A DNA stretch of 64,000 nt, from assembly GCA_964019425.1 (NCBI GenBank), contig OZ025788.1:1302001-1366000 (forward strand), given 5' to 3'. The notes below the pieces were generated by a model. It was not told where the DNA came from. It saw nothing but the letters and a program-made list of their open reading frames with translations, and ran no database searches. The DNA is from Flectonema sp. DT1601 (Eukaryota). Positions 40,280 to 50,490 of the stretch are shown here, one piece after another. Every line of letters starts with the position of its first letter. The first letter of the stretch is position 1. A program made the translations under genes and the position numbers.

Positions 40280-40855
40280 GTTCCCCCCACCTATTTTGTG
40301 AAAAGAAAGTTTAAGGAAAAAAAGGATTACGTCACAAGTTATTCTTTAAAGGGTGAAAGAATTAAAAAAAATAATAAAACAGGGACAGCTCAGATTTTTG
40401 CTGTAGCACGCGTCTAAGAATGACGTGCAGCTCTGTGTACGTCGCTGCCATAATTCGAGAAAAAAGTAAACGAGAAAACGAAATAGGGCCGGCAATTATG
40501 ATGAATGGCAAAGAAGATAAGAAGAAGGGAAAAAAAAAAAAACATAAAAAAAGTTATCATACAATAAACCTAACTCCCATTGCCCCTTTCACCTTTTCCT
40601 CCCATTTCCCAGCCTTTTTTTTTTTTTTTTTAATTTTTCGCCATCGCGTCGTTTCTATTGTCTCCCAAGTCTAATTCTACGCCTCGCGCTAAGCGCTCTT
40701 CTTGCTGTAGTTAAAATATATAAATAACATTTTATTTTGTTCCATCACTTCAAAATGAACTTTGCAGATGTATGCCTCGAACCAGATGTTGTTAAATCTG
40801 ATACTTGTGAAAGACTATTACTTATCTTTATTACATCACCAGCACAGTACATCTA
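17106..40855 (+). other. 23.7-kb region with no credible ORF: homopolymer runs interspersed with many stem-loop modules (candidate giant 3'UTR / structured lncRNA)
   Basis: Only short K/F-rich ORFs produced by A/T runs. Dozens of inverted repeats with G-T wobble pairs on the + strand (see findings). Confidence 0.6.
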
Positions 40856-41539
40856 ATGTCGTGTAGTATATGTTATGGTAATGTTAGTGAAGGCGTCTTG
40901 ATAAATCCCTGTTTATGTAAGGGTACCTTAGAATGGGTTCACGAAGACTGTCTACAGAATTGGAGAAAGGAAGCACCTGACTGCTCACGTTGCTCAATTT
41001 GTAAATATAAGTACCGAATGGGTTCTGTTGGAGTATGGAGATGGACTATGGCGGTCATAAAAGAAATATCAAGGTGGGTGTACACTGGAGTAGCATTCGC
41101 ATTATCATCAGAAATGGGAAAGCAAGTTGCTGTTCAATGTAATGCCGTTGGAAAAAGATGTTTTGGACCTTTGCTAAGCCATTCTGTTCCTGAAATAGTG
41201 GTAATGGAACTCATAACAAAAACAGCAATATACGCTACCGTTGAGACTATTTGCTTTGCAAGATTGTCTGACCAACTCTCTCTGTTGTCACTACAATATT
41301 ACTACGGACAGTTTAATCTTCTTTCTATTGAACCGACCATTTCACATTTATTATTTATTACTTCACTTCAATATGGTTTTGGTAAACTAGGAAATGCAAT
41401 AGGTGAAAATCTCGATAACATTCAACTTCTAATCGCCCTGCCAGGTGCCTTATTTATGATACCAGATGTTTATAGAAGAATCGCAAGAGATGCAATTAGT
41501 AAACAGCCAGTCTTGTGGTTTAAAAAAAGATACGTCTAA
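40856..41539 (+). CDS. RING-CH (MARCH/RINGv) E3 ubiquitin ligase with hydrophobic C-terminal segments
   Basis: CSIC...LINPCLCKGTLEWVHEDCLQNW...CSICKYKY is a C4HC3 RING-CH signature. Confidence 0.92.
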   Translation: MSCSICYGNVSEGVLINPCLCKGTLEWVHEDCLQNWRKEAPDCSRCSICKYKYRMGSVGVWRWTMAVIKEISRWVYTGVAFALSSEMGKQVAVQCNAVGKRCFGPLLSHSVPEIVVMELITKTAIYATVETICFARLSDQLSLLSLQYYYGQFNLLSIEPTISHLLFITSLQYGFGKLGNAIGENLDNIQLLIALPGALFMIPDVYRRIARDAISKQPVLWFKKRYV

Positions 41540-41979
41540 TGTGACTATCATTGACTCAGCTCTTCATCATATATCGTCCAAATCTCAATATTTTTGTTTT
41601 AATTATTCGCCATTAACAAAAGTGAGCGAAGTGAGATACGGTATACAGTATATGGCGGAAATATATATTTAAGAAAATAATTCCACCTAGCCTAAAGGTT
41701 GACTGTTAAAATGAGTAGTTAACAGACCAACTATTTACTTTTTATTATTAATATTCTTTTCATCTTGAAGAGAATAGTACCATCGTAACCCTAATACCTT
41801 AATTTCATAGGCCTGTTTACGGTTACGAAACAAACAATATGCCAGTTTTCAGTAACCAAGCTTTTCTAGCTTGGGATGAAATTTGTTAGAAAATTCTTAA
41901 ATCGTTTTTTTTAATTTTTTTTGCCGTCGTAGCATATAGCAACGTTCGCACGTCTGTTTTCGTTTTTTTGTTTTCTCCT

Positions 41980-42013
<34 letters not shown>

Positions 42014-42220
42014 TCGTGATGAGATCTTATGTGTGCTATTACTCCAATGGGTTCAAAACCATTTAATAATTATATTTTTTTGGTTTGGAATATTTCTAAC
42101 GAATTAATAATTATACCACGTCTAGCTACTCTAAATAACAACTCCTAAACAGAAATAAAAAATGAATTACATTGTTGCTGGTCTTTCACACTTTAGTGAG
42201 TAGATTATATTTAATCAAGT

Positions 42221-42243
42221 TATTCCTCTCTTCCTCCTCTCAG
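42221..42243 (+). promoter_or_regulatory. Putative (trans-)splice acceptor: polypyrimidine tract + CAG, 46 nt upstream of the eEF3 ATG
   Basis: tattcctctcttcctcctctcag. Equivalent tract+AG at 53431 and 58605, where homology between the copies begins. Confidence 0.6.
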
Positions 42244-42289
42244 ATAAGTTTTCTTGTATCACATCAACACAAAAAAGTAATCATATCAG

Positions 42290-45200
42290 ATGGCTCCACA
42301 AATTGCTGAGGAAGCTACCAAGCTCTTCAACGCGCTCGAGGCCTCGTGCAAGGCCGACGACGCGAAGAAGTTGGCGGCGTTCTTGACCAACGCTGAGGGA
42401 CAGCTCCTCGTTGAGGGAGGGTTCTTCGAGATGTTGGAGGACGCGGCAAACGCGGGAAAGAAGAAGGAGAACAGAAGACAGGCGTCGTGCATGGCGTTCG
42501 GAGCGATCAGCGAGGACGACGAATCGAAGTTGGAGGGACACACGATGAAGTTGTTCCCAACGATCGTGCAGTTGGTCGGAGACAAGACCCGCGCGGTTGC
42601 CAAGGCTGCCCAGGACGCGACGATCGCGTTCACCAAGAGATGCGCGAAGTGCCCAGCGTCAGCAAACGGAACGATGTCGGTGATGTTCGAGTGCTTGGAG
42701 TCGACGAAGTTCCAGGTGAAGATCGCTGCGTTGGAGTCTTTGACCACGTTCGCGAAGGGATGCCCAAAGGCCGTGGCGAACTGCATGCCTGAGCTGATCC
42801 CTGTGGTGTGCGACTTGCTTCACGACACCAAGATCGCTGTTGCGGACGAGGCGGAGGTGGCCCTGAAGGCGATCGCCGAGGTTGCGAGCAACAAGGATAT
42901 CGAGGAGTTCATCCCGCTTCTGGTGAAGGCGTTGATGGAGCCAAGCAACGTTCCGGACTGCGTGTTCCAGTTGTCGTGCACGAAGTTCGTGGCGACAGTC
43001 GAGCGTCCGGAGTTGGCGTTGGTGACCCCTCTTCTGGTCCGTGGATTCCGTGAGTCGGAGACGAAGATCATCAGACAGTGTGCGAAGATCACTGACAACT
43101 TGTCGAAGTTGGTGGAGGTGCCAACAGAGGCTGAGCCACTTCTGCCAAAGCTGACTCCGGCGTTGGAGGAGGCGGCGGCGCACACCGGAGACCCAGAGTG
43201 CAGACAGGTGTGTGGAAAGGTTGTCGGACAGCTTGGAAAGTTGAAGGCGGCGGTTGAGCTTGAGAAGAAGAACTGGGTGGACGCTGCCCAGATGATCAAG
43301 ATGCTGTCGGAGAGCAAGGAGGTGAAGTGCGCTGACGCGGTTGCCCTGCAGTACGCCGGAGAGCAGCTGTCATCTCTGTTCTTGATGAAGGACTTGGAGG
43401 TAGCGGACTGGGTGAAGGTTTGCAGAACCGTTACGACCAAGGCTGAGGACGTGGCGAAGAAGCTGTTCGCTCACTGCGAGGACGCGATGAGGGGGATCGT
43501 GGAGGAAGAGGCGGAGGACGCAGCGGAGTTGTGCAACTGCAAGTTCACCCTGGCGTACGGTTCAAAGATCTTGTTGAAGAACACGCAGCTGACCCTTCTG
43601 AAGGGAGTGAAGTACGGACTGCTCGGAGGAAACGAGTGCGGTAAGACTTCGTTGTTGAAGGCGATTGCGAACGACCAAGTTGAGGGATTCCCGCCATCGA
43701 CTGAGGTGAGAACGGTGTTCGTGGAGGCAGACATCCTCGGAGAGCTGAGTCACTTGAGCTGTTTGGACTACATCTTCGAAGATTCCCGTATCCAGGCTGC
43801 CGGAATCTCGCGTGAGGGAGTGCAGGATGCGATGTCGAAGGTCGGATTCGCAGGAGCGAACGAACAGCAGGGAGGAAAGGCGGCGAGAATCATGGACCCT
43901 GTGAGCTCGTTGTCCGGAGGTTGGAGAATGAAGCTCGCGTTGGCACGTGCTATGCTTCAAAAGGCGGACATCCTTCTGATGGATGACCCAACCAACCACT
44001 TGGACGTGAAGAACGTTGCCTGGGTGGAGGACTACATCTGCAGCTTGAGCGACGTGACTTGCCTGATCGTTTCCCAGAACGCTCCGTTCTTGGAGAAGTG
44101 CTGCACCCGTATCGTGCACATCGACAGTCTTCGTCTGCACAACTTCAAGGGAAGCATTGCGGCTTTCGTGGAGGCGAACCCGGAGGCGAAGTCGTACTTC
44201 GAGCTGAAGTCGTCGAGGGGACTGAAGTTCTCGTTCCCAGAGCCTGGTTTCTTGGAGGGAGTGAACTCGAGAGGTAAGGTTCTGATCAAGATGGACAAGG
44301 TGGACTTCACTTACCCAGGAAACCCAAGGCCTACTGTGGTGGACCTGACGGTTCGTGTGTCGATGGCTTCCCGTGTGGCTTGCCTGGGACCAAACGGAGC
44401 CGGAAAGTCGACGATGATCAAGCTGTTGACCGGAGAGTTGGAACCGGCGACCGGAACCCAGTGGAAGCATCCTAACGCGAAGCTCGCGTACGTTGCGCAG
44501 CACGCTTTCCATCACATTGAGAACCACTTGAAGAAGACCCCTGCGGAGTACATCTTGTGGAGATACGAATACGGTATCGACAAGGAGTCTCTCGAGAAGG
44601 TGACGATGGTTTTGTCGAAGGAGGAGGAGGCGAAGCTGAAGGAGATTCGTACCTGGGAGTACACGGACGAGGAGGGTCTGAAGAGAGGAAAGTTCGTGAT
44701 CGAGAAGCTGTCTGGTATCAGAAAGCAGGTGAAGACGACCTACCACTACGAGGTGAAGTTCGCGGGAGCGGCGGGAGCGACCGGATTCATCCCAGAGGAC
44801 AAGCTTGCGGAGCACGGTTGGGGAAAGCACGTGAAGCAGGTTGCCGAGAAGATCCTCGCCGAGCAGGGACGATTCAAGAGACCATTGACCCAGTCGAACG
44901 TGGAGAAGCTGTTGGAAGACGTTGGTCTTGAGAAGGAGTACGCGTCTCACTCGCAGATGAACGCGCTTTCCGGAGGACAGAAGGTGAAGGTTGTGTTGGG
45001 AGCTGCTATGTGGGACCAGCCTCACATTGTCATCCTCGACGAGCCTACCAACTACCTTGACAGAGAGTCACTTGCCGCGCTCGCCGGTGCGATCGAAGAG
45101 TTCAAGGGAGGAGTCGTCATCATCACTCACAACGACCAGTTCTCGAAGCACTTGTGTCCAGAGACCTGGTTGGTTGAGAAGGGTGACGACGGTATCGGTC

Positions 45201-45690
45201 ACCTCGACTGCAAGGGAGACGCAGACTGGATGGAGGCCGTGATGAAGGAGAAGACTGGAGCCGTCGTCATGGAGGAGATGGTTGATGCCCTTGGTAACGT
45301 TTCGAAGGTATGTTGTTGTTGTTGTTTTTGTTTTCGTTTTTTTTTAGTTTTTGTTTTGGATATTGTTTGTTTTGTTCTGATTGTGATTCGTGTGCGAAAG
45401 CAATTGCGGCTCTCCCATCGGCTCAACACTTGATGAAGAGTTTTCTTTTATGTTGTGTCCTATTTTTGTTTGTTTTCTAAAGATTTGTGAAATGTTTTGT
45501 AATTTCTTACTATTGCGACGGTGACAATATCCAAACTGTGAATATGAACGAATTGAAATAATGAACATCAATACAGGTCAAGGCCCCAAAGAAGGAGTTG
45601 AGCAGAAAGGAGAGAAAGCAGCGTGAGGCCGCCAAGAAGAGAGCTCTCGCCAACGGTGAGTCATGGTCATCTGATGAGGATGATATGTAA
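42290..45690 (+). CDS. eEF3: Translation elongation factor 3 (eEF3-like ABCF), copy 1; exons 42290-45307, 45577-45690 (1043 aa)
   Basis: N-terminal HEAT region (NKDIEEFIP, LCNCKFTLAYGSKILL), two ABC domains, AYVAQHAFHHIE, chromodomain-like insert. The spliced C-terminus DALGNVSK|VKAPKKELSRKERK...SSDEDDM is typical of eEF3. Confidence 0.95.
45308..45576 (+). other. Spliceosomal intron in eEF3 copy 1 (269 nt, phase 0), structured
   Basis: gtatgt...atacag; abrupt switch from GC3-rich codons to T-rich sequence and back. Confidence 0.92.
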
Positions 45691-46370
45691 GTATGATGTC
45701 AGTTGACCATGTTGAGCTTGAAAATGCGGAGCTCAGTTTTTCTTCCTCTCTTGTTTAAACCCTGTAGCAAAAGTTAGTTGTTTTGCAAGTACTAAGGTTT
45801 TCTGTAACGGCATTGTAGTTGCAACATGAAGTTGGAAAGCGTTGAATAAACTTCTGCTTGCGACTTTACATGTTGGCTAAAGTGCTATTATGTTACGGAA
45901 GATATGAAAGAATATTTCGCATAAAAGAAATGAAAATAAAAAGACTTTCCGTATAAAATATCCCATATGTTCCTTTTGCAATCTATCAGTGCCTGGAAAT
46001 ACTACCTTGTCGTCGTATACTTCCTATTGTACTCTTAAATTGTTTGAACTTTGTGTTTGCCTACCAGTCACTTACTATAGTAATTGGTAGTTATTTTTTG
46101 CATCATTACTTGAAAAAAAAAAAAAAGAAAAAAAAAAACGATAATAATAATGAAAGAAGTCTTCCCCACCTCTACCAATCACTCACTCCCGTGACTAACA
46201 GTCTTCACATGCCCCACCTATTGTGATTGTGATGGGCTGTTTATTATTATTTTTGCAGAAAACAGCAAAATAGAACATCAAAGACAAGGAGACTATCGTA
46301 ATATTTATATTGAAATAGCAGAATGATAGCATAGCAGTATATTTAAACTATTTCTCAGCTTTACAGGGCA

Positions 46371-48956
46371 ATGAGAAGTTTCATAATAGCTTCCCTCATA
46401 GGGATAGCTCTTGCTAACTCATGTGTGATGGTGACAAACAATGAAATGCGATTCACGCAGATTCATGTTTGTAGTCAGAACATTATTAGAGTCACTCATG
46501 GAGATGTCAATGATGTGAAGCAGAAAGAGAGTTTATCTGTAAACGGTGATTGGGATGCAAGAAAACAAGAACACACAGTAACGAAGAATTCAACCACAGT
46601 ATTTGTAGAAACAAGTAAAGTCATCGCCTTGTTTGATACTAGAACCGGATTAGTATTGATAACATCAAAGAATGGTGGTTCTAGAATGAAAGAAAGTTAT
46701 TTTAATTTTTCAAAATCAACCACAAAAGGTCTTTATAAAATACGACAGCATTGGGAATCTCCGACTGATGAAGCAATCTATGGAGGCGGACAATTTCAAA
46801 ACGGGTTAGTAAACTGGAAGTCAATTCCTCTGACTCTCATTCAATATAACACTGAAGCAATAGTCCCGTTTTTTACTTCTTCTTCTGGGTATGGAATCTT
46901 GTGGGATTCTTATTCGAAAGGTCATCTAAACGAGCCGACTGAAGAAATCATACTTAACCCTTCGAACAAGACGATATATACAGCAAGTGTAAGCGGTTTG
47001 TACACCTTTTTAATTAAAGCATGTCCTGGTCAATGGGGCTGTGAAACGTCTATCGCGATACTAAAACTGACTAATATGAAGTCAGGTAAAGTATTATATC
47101 CTCAGTATTGGGATGGCCTTGCGAGTATGCCAACAGCAATCCCTGGACGTTCTTATTTGGAGAGTGGTGACTATGAAGTACACTTAAACTCAACGAATAT
47201 GAGAAATACAAAGTCAACTCTTTTCGTTAATCCTCCGACATTTAATGAACTGACAATAAGTTCGGAAGCGAGTCTTATTTCGGATTATTATTACATTGCT
47301 AAAACGACACAAACTGGTAGCGGATTTGATTCTATCATTGCTGGTTACAGAGAAGCAACCGGAGCAGCAAAACTATACAGTAAAAAGACTTATGGATTCT
47401 GGCAATGCAAAAATCACTATCACAACCAAAGTGAACTTCTCAATGCTGCTGATAAGTTTAGAAAAATGTTGATTCCTGTAGATAATATTGTTCAGGACTG
47501 GATGTACTGGGGAACTCTTGGATGGGGTCCTCACTGGGATTATACTTTGTACCCAAATCCTAAACAGATGGTTGAAAAATTACATCAAAATAATTTTAAT
47601 TTTATGGTTTCAGTTTGGTCTAAGTTTGCAAACACAACTGACTACTATAAAAACATGTCCAGAGACAATCAACTTATCCCAAATACAACTTATTATGATC
47701 CATACAATCCATCTGCAAGAACTACTTTTTACGACTACAGTAATGAAGGTCATTTTAAGATAGGAGTTGACTCTCTTTGGTTGGATGCAACAGAACCAGA
47801 AGGCCTAATTCAAATGAATAATTCAATTTATTTGGGATCTGGAAATCAATTTGCGAACCCATACTCACTAATGGCGACGACAGCTATCAGTGAAGGGTTG
47901 AGAAATGACTACAAGACTTCTCAAGGAAGGAGAGTTTTTTCTCTAACCAGATCTTCTTTTTTAGGTCAACAACGAACTGGTGCAACCCTCTGGTCAGGAG
48001 ATACTTCAAGTTCCTGGGATACGTTGAGAAGACAAATCACAGCAAGTGTTAATTATCAATTAACAGGTATCCCCTACTGGTCTCAAGACATAGGAGGATT
48101 CTCAAGACCACCTGGTCAGTACGTGTCACAAGATTATCACGAAATGATGACAAGATGGTTTCAATTTGGTGTTTTCACTCCAATTTTTAGGGTCCATGGA
48201 AGTGCTGATACTGAACTTTGGAATTACGGACAAGCCATGCCTTGGGTGATAAATTCAGCAATAAACCTGAGATACAGACTTCTTCCATATATCTATTCGG
48301 GTTTTCACAAGGTTGAAACAACCGGATACACAATGCAACGACATCTGTCATTCGACTATTGGGAATCTGATCATAACAACATTAAGGATTTGGGAGATCA
48401 ATTTATGTTTGGAAGTCAGCTGCTATCAGCACCGATATACACACCTGGAATTAATGCCACTCGTTTAGTTTGGTTGCCTTCGTCTGCTGAGACGTGGACG
48501 GATTTCAATACGGGAAAACAACTGAAAGGATCAAATAACTACAACGTCACTGTTGGTATCGAAGAAACGCCTATATTTGTAAAATGTGGTGTTTTGGTAT
48601 TGGGACCTGTTGTCCAACATGCTCATGAAGCTGCTGACCCTTTAGAAATTCGAATCTACGATGTCGACAACTGTCAGAGCAATTCATTCACTTTGTTTGA
48701 AGATGATGGTGTTTCTGATACTAGTGACCAGTCGTATCAGTTTTCTGAAATTACATTCTCTTTCAACCCAAATGATCGTTCCCTTACTGTAGGTTCTCGT
48801 CAGGGATCATTCCCTGGGATGTTATCACAACGAGTTATCAACGCAGTAGTTGTTCGCAGTAATACTGGTGTGGGTGTTGCCCCTTCTATACCAGACAAGA
48901 TTGCTTTATACAATGGTGAAAAGCTTATTATTAGAAACCTTCCTAAACGAGATTAA
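46371..48956 (+). CDS. Secreted glycoside hydrolase family 31 (alpha-xylosidase/alpha-glucosidase-like)
   Basis: Signal peptide, IPVDNIVQDW, nucleophile motif WLDATEPE, WSGD acid/base, YWSQDIGGF, RWFQFGVFTPIFRVHG, LRYRLLPYIYS. Confidence 0.95.
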   Translation: MRSFIIASLIGIALANSCVMVTNNEMRFTQIHVCSQNIIRVTHGDVNDVKQKESLSVNGDWDARKQEHTVTKNSTTVFVETSKVIALFDTRTGLVLITSKNGGSRMKESYFNFSKSTTKGLYKIRQHWESPTDEAIYGGGQFQNGLVNWKSIPLTLIQYNTEAIVPFFTSSSGYGILWDSYSKGHLNEPTEEIILNPSNKTIYTASVSGLYTFLIKACPGQWGCETSIAILKLTNMKSGKVLYPQYWDGLASMPTAIPGRSYLESGDYEVHLNSTNMRNTKSTLFVNPPTFNELTISSEASLISDYYYIAKTTQTGSGFDSIIAGYREATGAAKLYSKKTYGFWQCKNHYHNQSELLNAADKFRKMLIPVDNIVQDWMYWGTLGWGPHWDYTLYPNPKQMVEKLHQNNFNFMVSVWSKFANTTDYYKNMSRDNQLIPNTTYYDPYNPSARTTFYDYSNEGHFKIGVDSLWLDATEPEGLIQMNNSIYLGSGNQFANPYSLMATTAISEGLRNDYKTSQGRRVFSLTRSSFLGQQRTGATLWSGDTSSSWDTLRRQITASVNYQLTGIPYWSQDIGGFSRPPGQYVSQDYHEMMTRWFQFGVFTPIFRVHGSADTELWNYGQAMPWVINSAINLRYRLLPYIYSGFHKVETTGYTMQRHLSFDYWESDHNNIKDLGDQFMFGSQLLSAPIYTPGINATRLVWLPSSAETWTDFNTGKQLKGSNNYNVTVGIEETPIFVKCGVLVLGPVVQHAHEAADPLEIRIYDVDNCQSNSFTLFEDDGVSDTSDQSYQFSEITFSFNPNDRSLTVGSRQGSFPGMLSQRVINAVVVRSNTGVGVAPSIPDKIALYNGEKLIIRNLPKRD

Positions 48957-49445
48957 TTTACCTCATCATGATACACTTCTCCGTCTTTTATTGTTGTTTT
49001 TACACGAACAATAACAAAAAGTGTGAGGATTATTTAGTTAGGTGCTGGTTCTTTTTTCCCTTCTTTTTTGCCCCATTCTGCTAACTTTTGTAACATTATT
49101 CACATGCTATATTCCCATTTTGAGCCTCTGTTCCCAACAACCCGAACTGTTTGTCACAACGTAGTGTCCTAAAACGGGAAATCCCAAGAAATTAAGTTTT
49201 CGAATAGATTCGCTGTTTTGAGTGAAGCCTTTCGAGTGTTCACGCCGTGGCCGTGGCTGTGATTGTGACTGACCACATGCGTTCGAAAAAAAATAAAATA
49301 AAATAGAAATTAAGTCTCTTCAGCATATTGCAGCTGCCATTATTTCGTTATTACACACAAACACTCCACTTCACTGGTGATAGTATAATTTAATTAATTG
49401 AGAATAGATAAAAATAAACAATCATTCATAAAGACAGTACACAAC

Positions 49446-50225
49446 ATGCCTGATGAATCGGATAGCTGGCCGAGAATGGTCGGGTTGTATGCGAAGCACA
49501 CCTACAAACCTTTTAAAGTGAGGGATATTGATTTAAAGGTTTCTATCGTTGAAGGTGAATCACCAGAATGCAGTGTTGTGATTACATATAAAGTAGAAAC
49601 CAACTACGATAAAGGAATGGTTTGGTTTCCTTTATCAGAAGTAAGAGGCGCAAGTGGGTTTGCTGTTGAAATATACGGAGAACGTGTTAAGGGAGGTTTA
49701 AACCTTGCTACTGGACCAGACACTGTAGAGCCACATCCCAGAGCTGACACAATGAACCCCGACAAATTATATTATTTTGTAGCTGATGGCAAAGCCGTTC
49801 CTGACCTCGATGAAGAAATAACCGAATTAGTTTTTAAATTTAAGTGCAACTTAATGCCTGTTGATGCTCACTATCCAAAACCACAACCTTGTTTTATGTT
49901 ACCGATTGCTGCTTGTTTTCCACAGCATATTGACACGGCGACAATTGATATAAAAATGAAAGACCTAATCCGATCGATATACAGCGTCGATACAATGAAT
50001 GAAATTTATCCAAAATACAATAATAATTGCGCGACTGTTGGGTTTGCAAAACCAGCTATTAGTTCGGATACGGAACTGTTTATCGTTGGCATTGAAACAG
50101 GCCCAAAAATTATAAAAAATTGGGACCCAACAAGCATCATCGTGATCATAGCTGTAGTCATACTCGCAATATTATTACACCAGTATCCGATTGGTGAATC
50201 AGTTAACTCTGATGTGTTTGATTGA
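49446..50225 (+). CDS. Uncharacterised protein with VIT-like N-terminal domain and C-terminal transmembrane helix
   Basis: First ATG at 49446. IDLKVSIV...VVITYKV...VWFPL...SGFAVEIYGERVKG resembles the VIT domain; IIVIIAVVILAILL is a TM segment. Confidence 0.65.
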   Translation: MPDESDSWPRMVGLYAKHTYKPFKVRDIDLKVSIVEGESPECSVVITYKVETNYDKGMVWFPLSEVRGASGFAVEIYGERVKGGLNLATGPDTVEPHPRADTMNPDKLYYFVADGKAVPDLDEEITELVFKFKCNLMPVDAHYPKPQPCFMLPIAACFPQHIDTATIDIKMKDLIRSIYSVDTMNEIYPKYNNNCATVGFAKPAISSDTELFIVGIETGPKIIKNWDPTSIIVIIAVVILAILLHQYPIGESVNSDVFD

Positions 50226-50490
50226 TGGACGTAGTTGGTTGTTTCTACTCCGACTCTTTTAGTGTAATCTAACACAAGAATTGTTATTGAAAGTAGCTAT
50301 TCCTACTCCCCCGTTCCCACTGTTTCTTTTTAATAAAACTAAATTAACAATTCTAATAACGTCATTATCTTTTGTGTTTGGTATTAGTGTTAATTACAAA
50401 CAGGAAAAGATACTGACGCTGGAAGTGTTTTGATAATATGAACACACGTTGGAGTAATAATTATTTTCACAAATTAGACATCACAATCGA

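Noticed and set aside
17106..40855. Numerous 60-150-aa ORFs on both strands; hidden multi-exon gene
   Set aside because: Poly-K/poly-F products of homopolymers. I could not chain the islands into a coherent protein.
43562..45025. 487-aa antisense ORF (and copies at 54750, 59924) plus other overlapping ORFs in eEF3
   Set aside because: Shadow of the strong codon bias of the sense gene; L/R/H-rich with no domain features.
45308..45433. Cys-rich hydrophobic eEF3 C-terminus (VCCCCCFCFRFF...) in the ORF track
   Set aside because: Read-through into a TTG/T-rich intron; the spliced exon gives the canonical K-rich eEF3 tail.
45385..45445. Hammerhead ribozyme or C/D snoRNA in the eEF3 intron (cgaaa, ttgatga)
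   Set aside because: The core is UUGAUGA rather than CUGANGA, the required helices are not arranged correctly, and there is no downstream CUGA box D in the intron.
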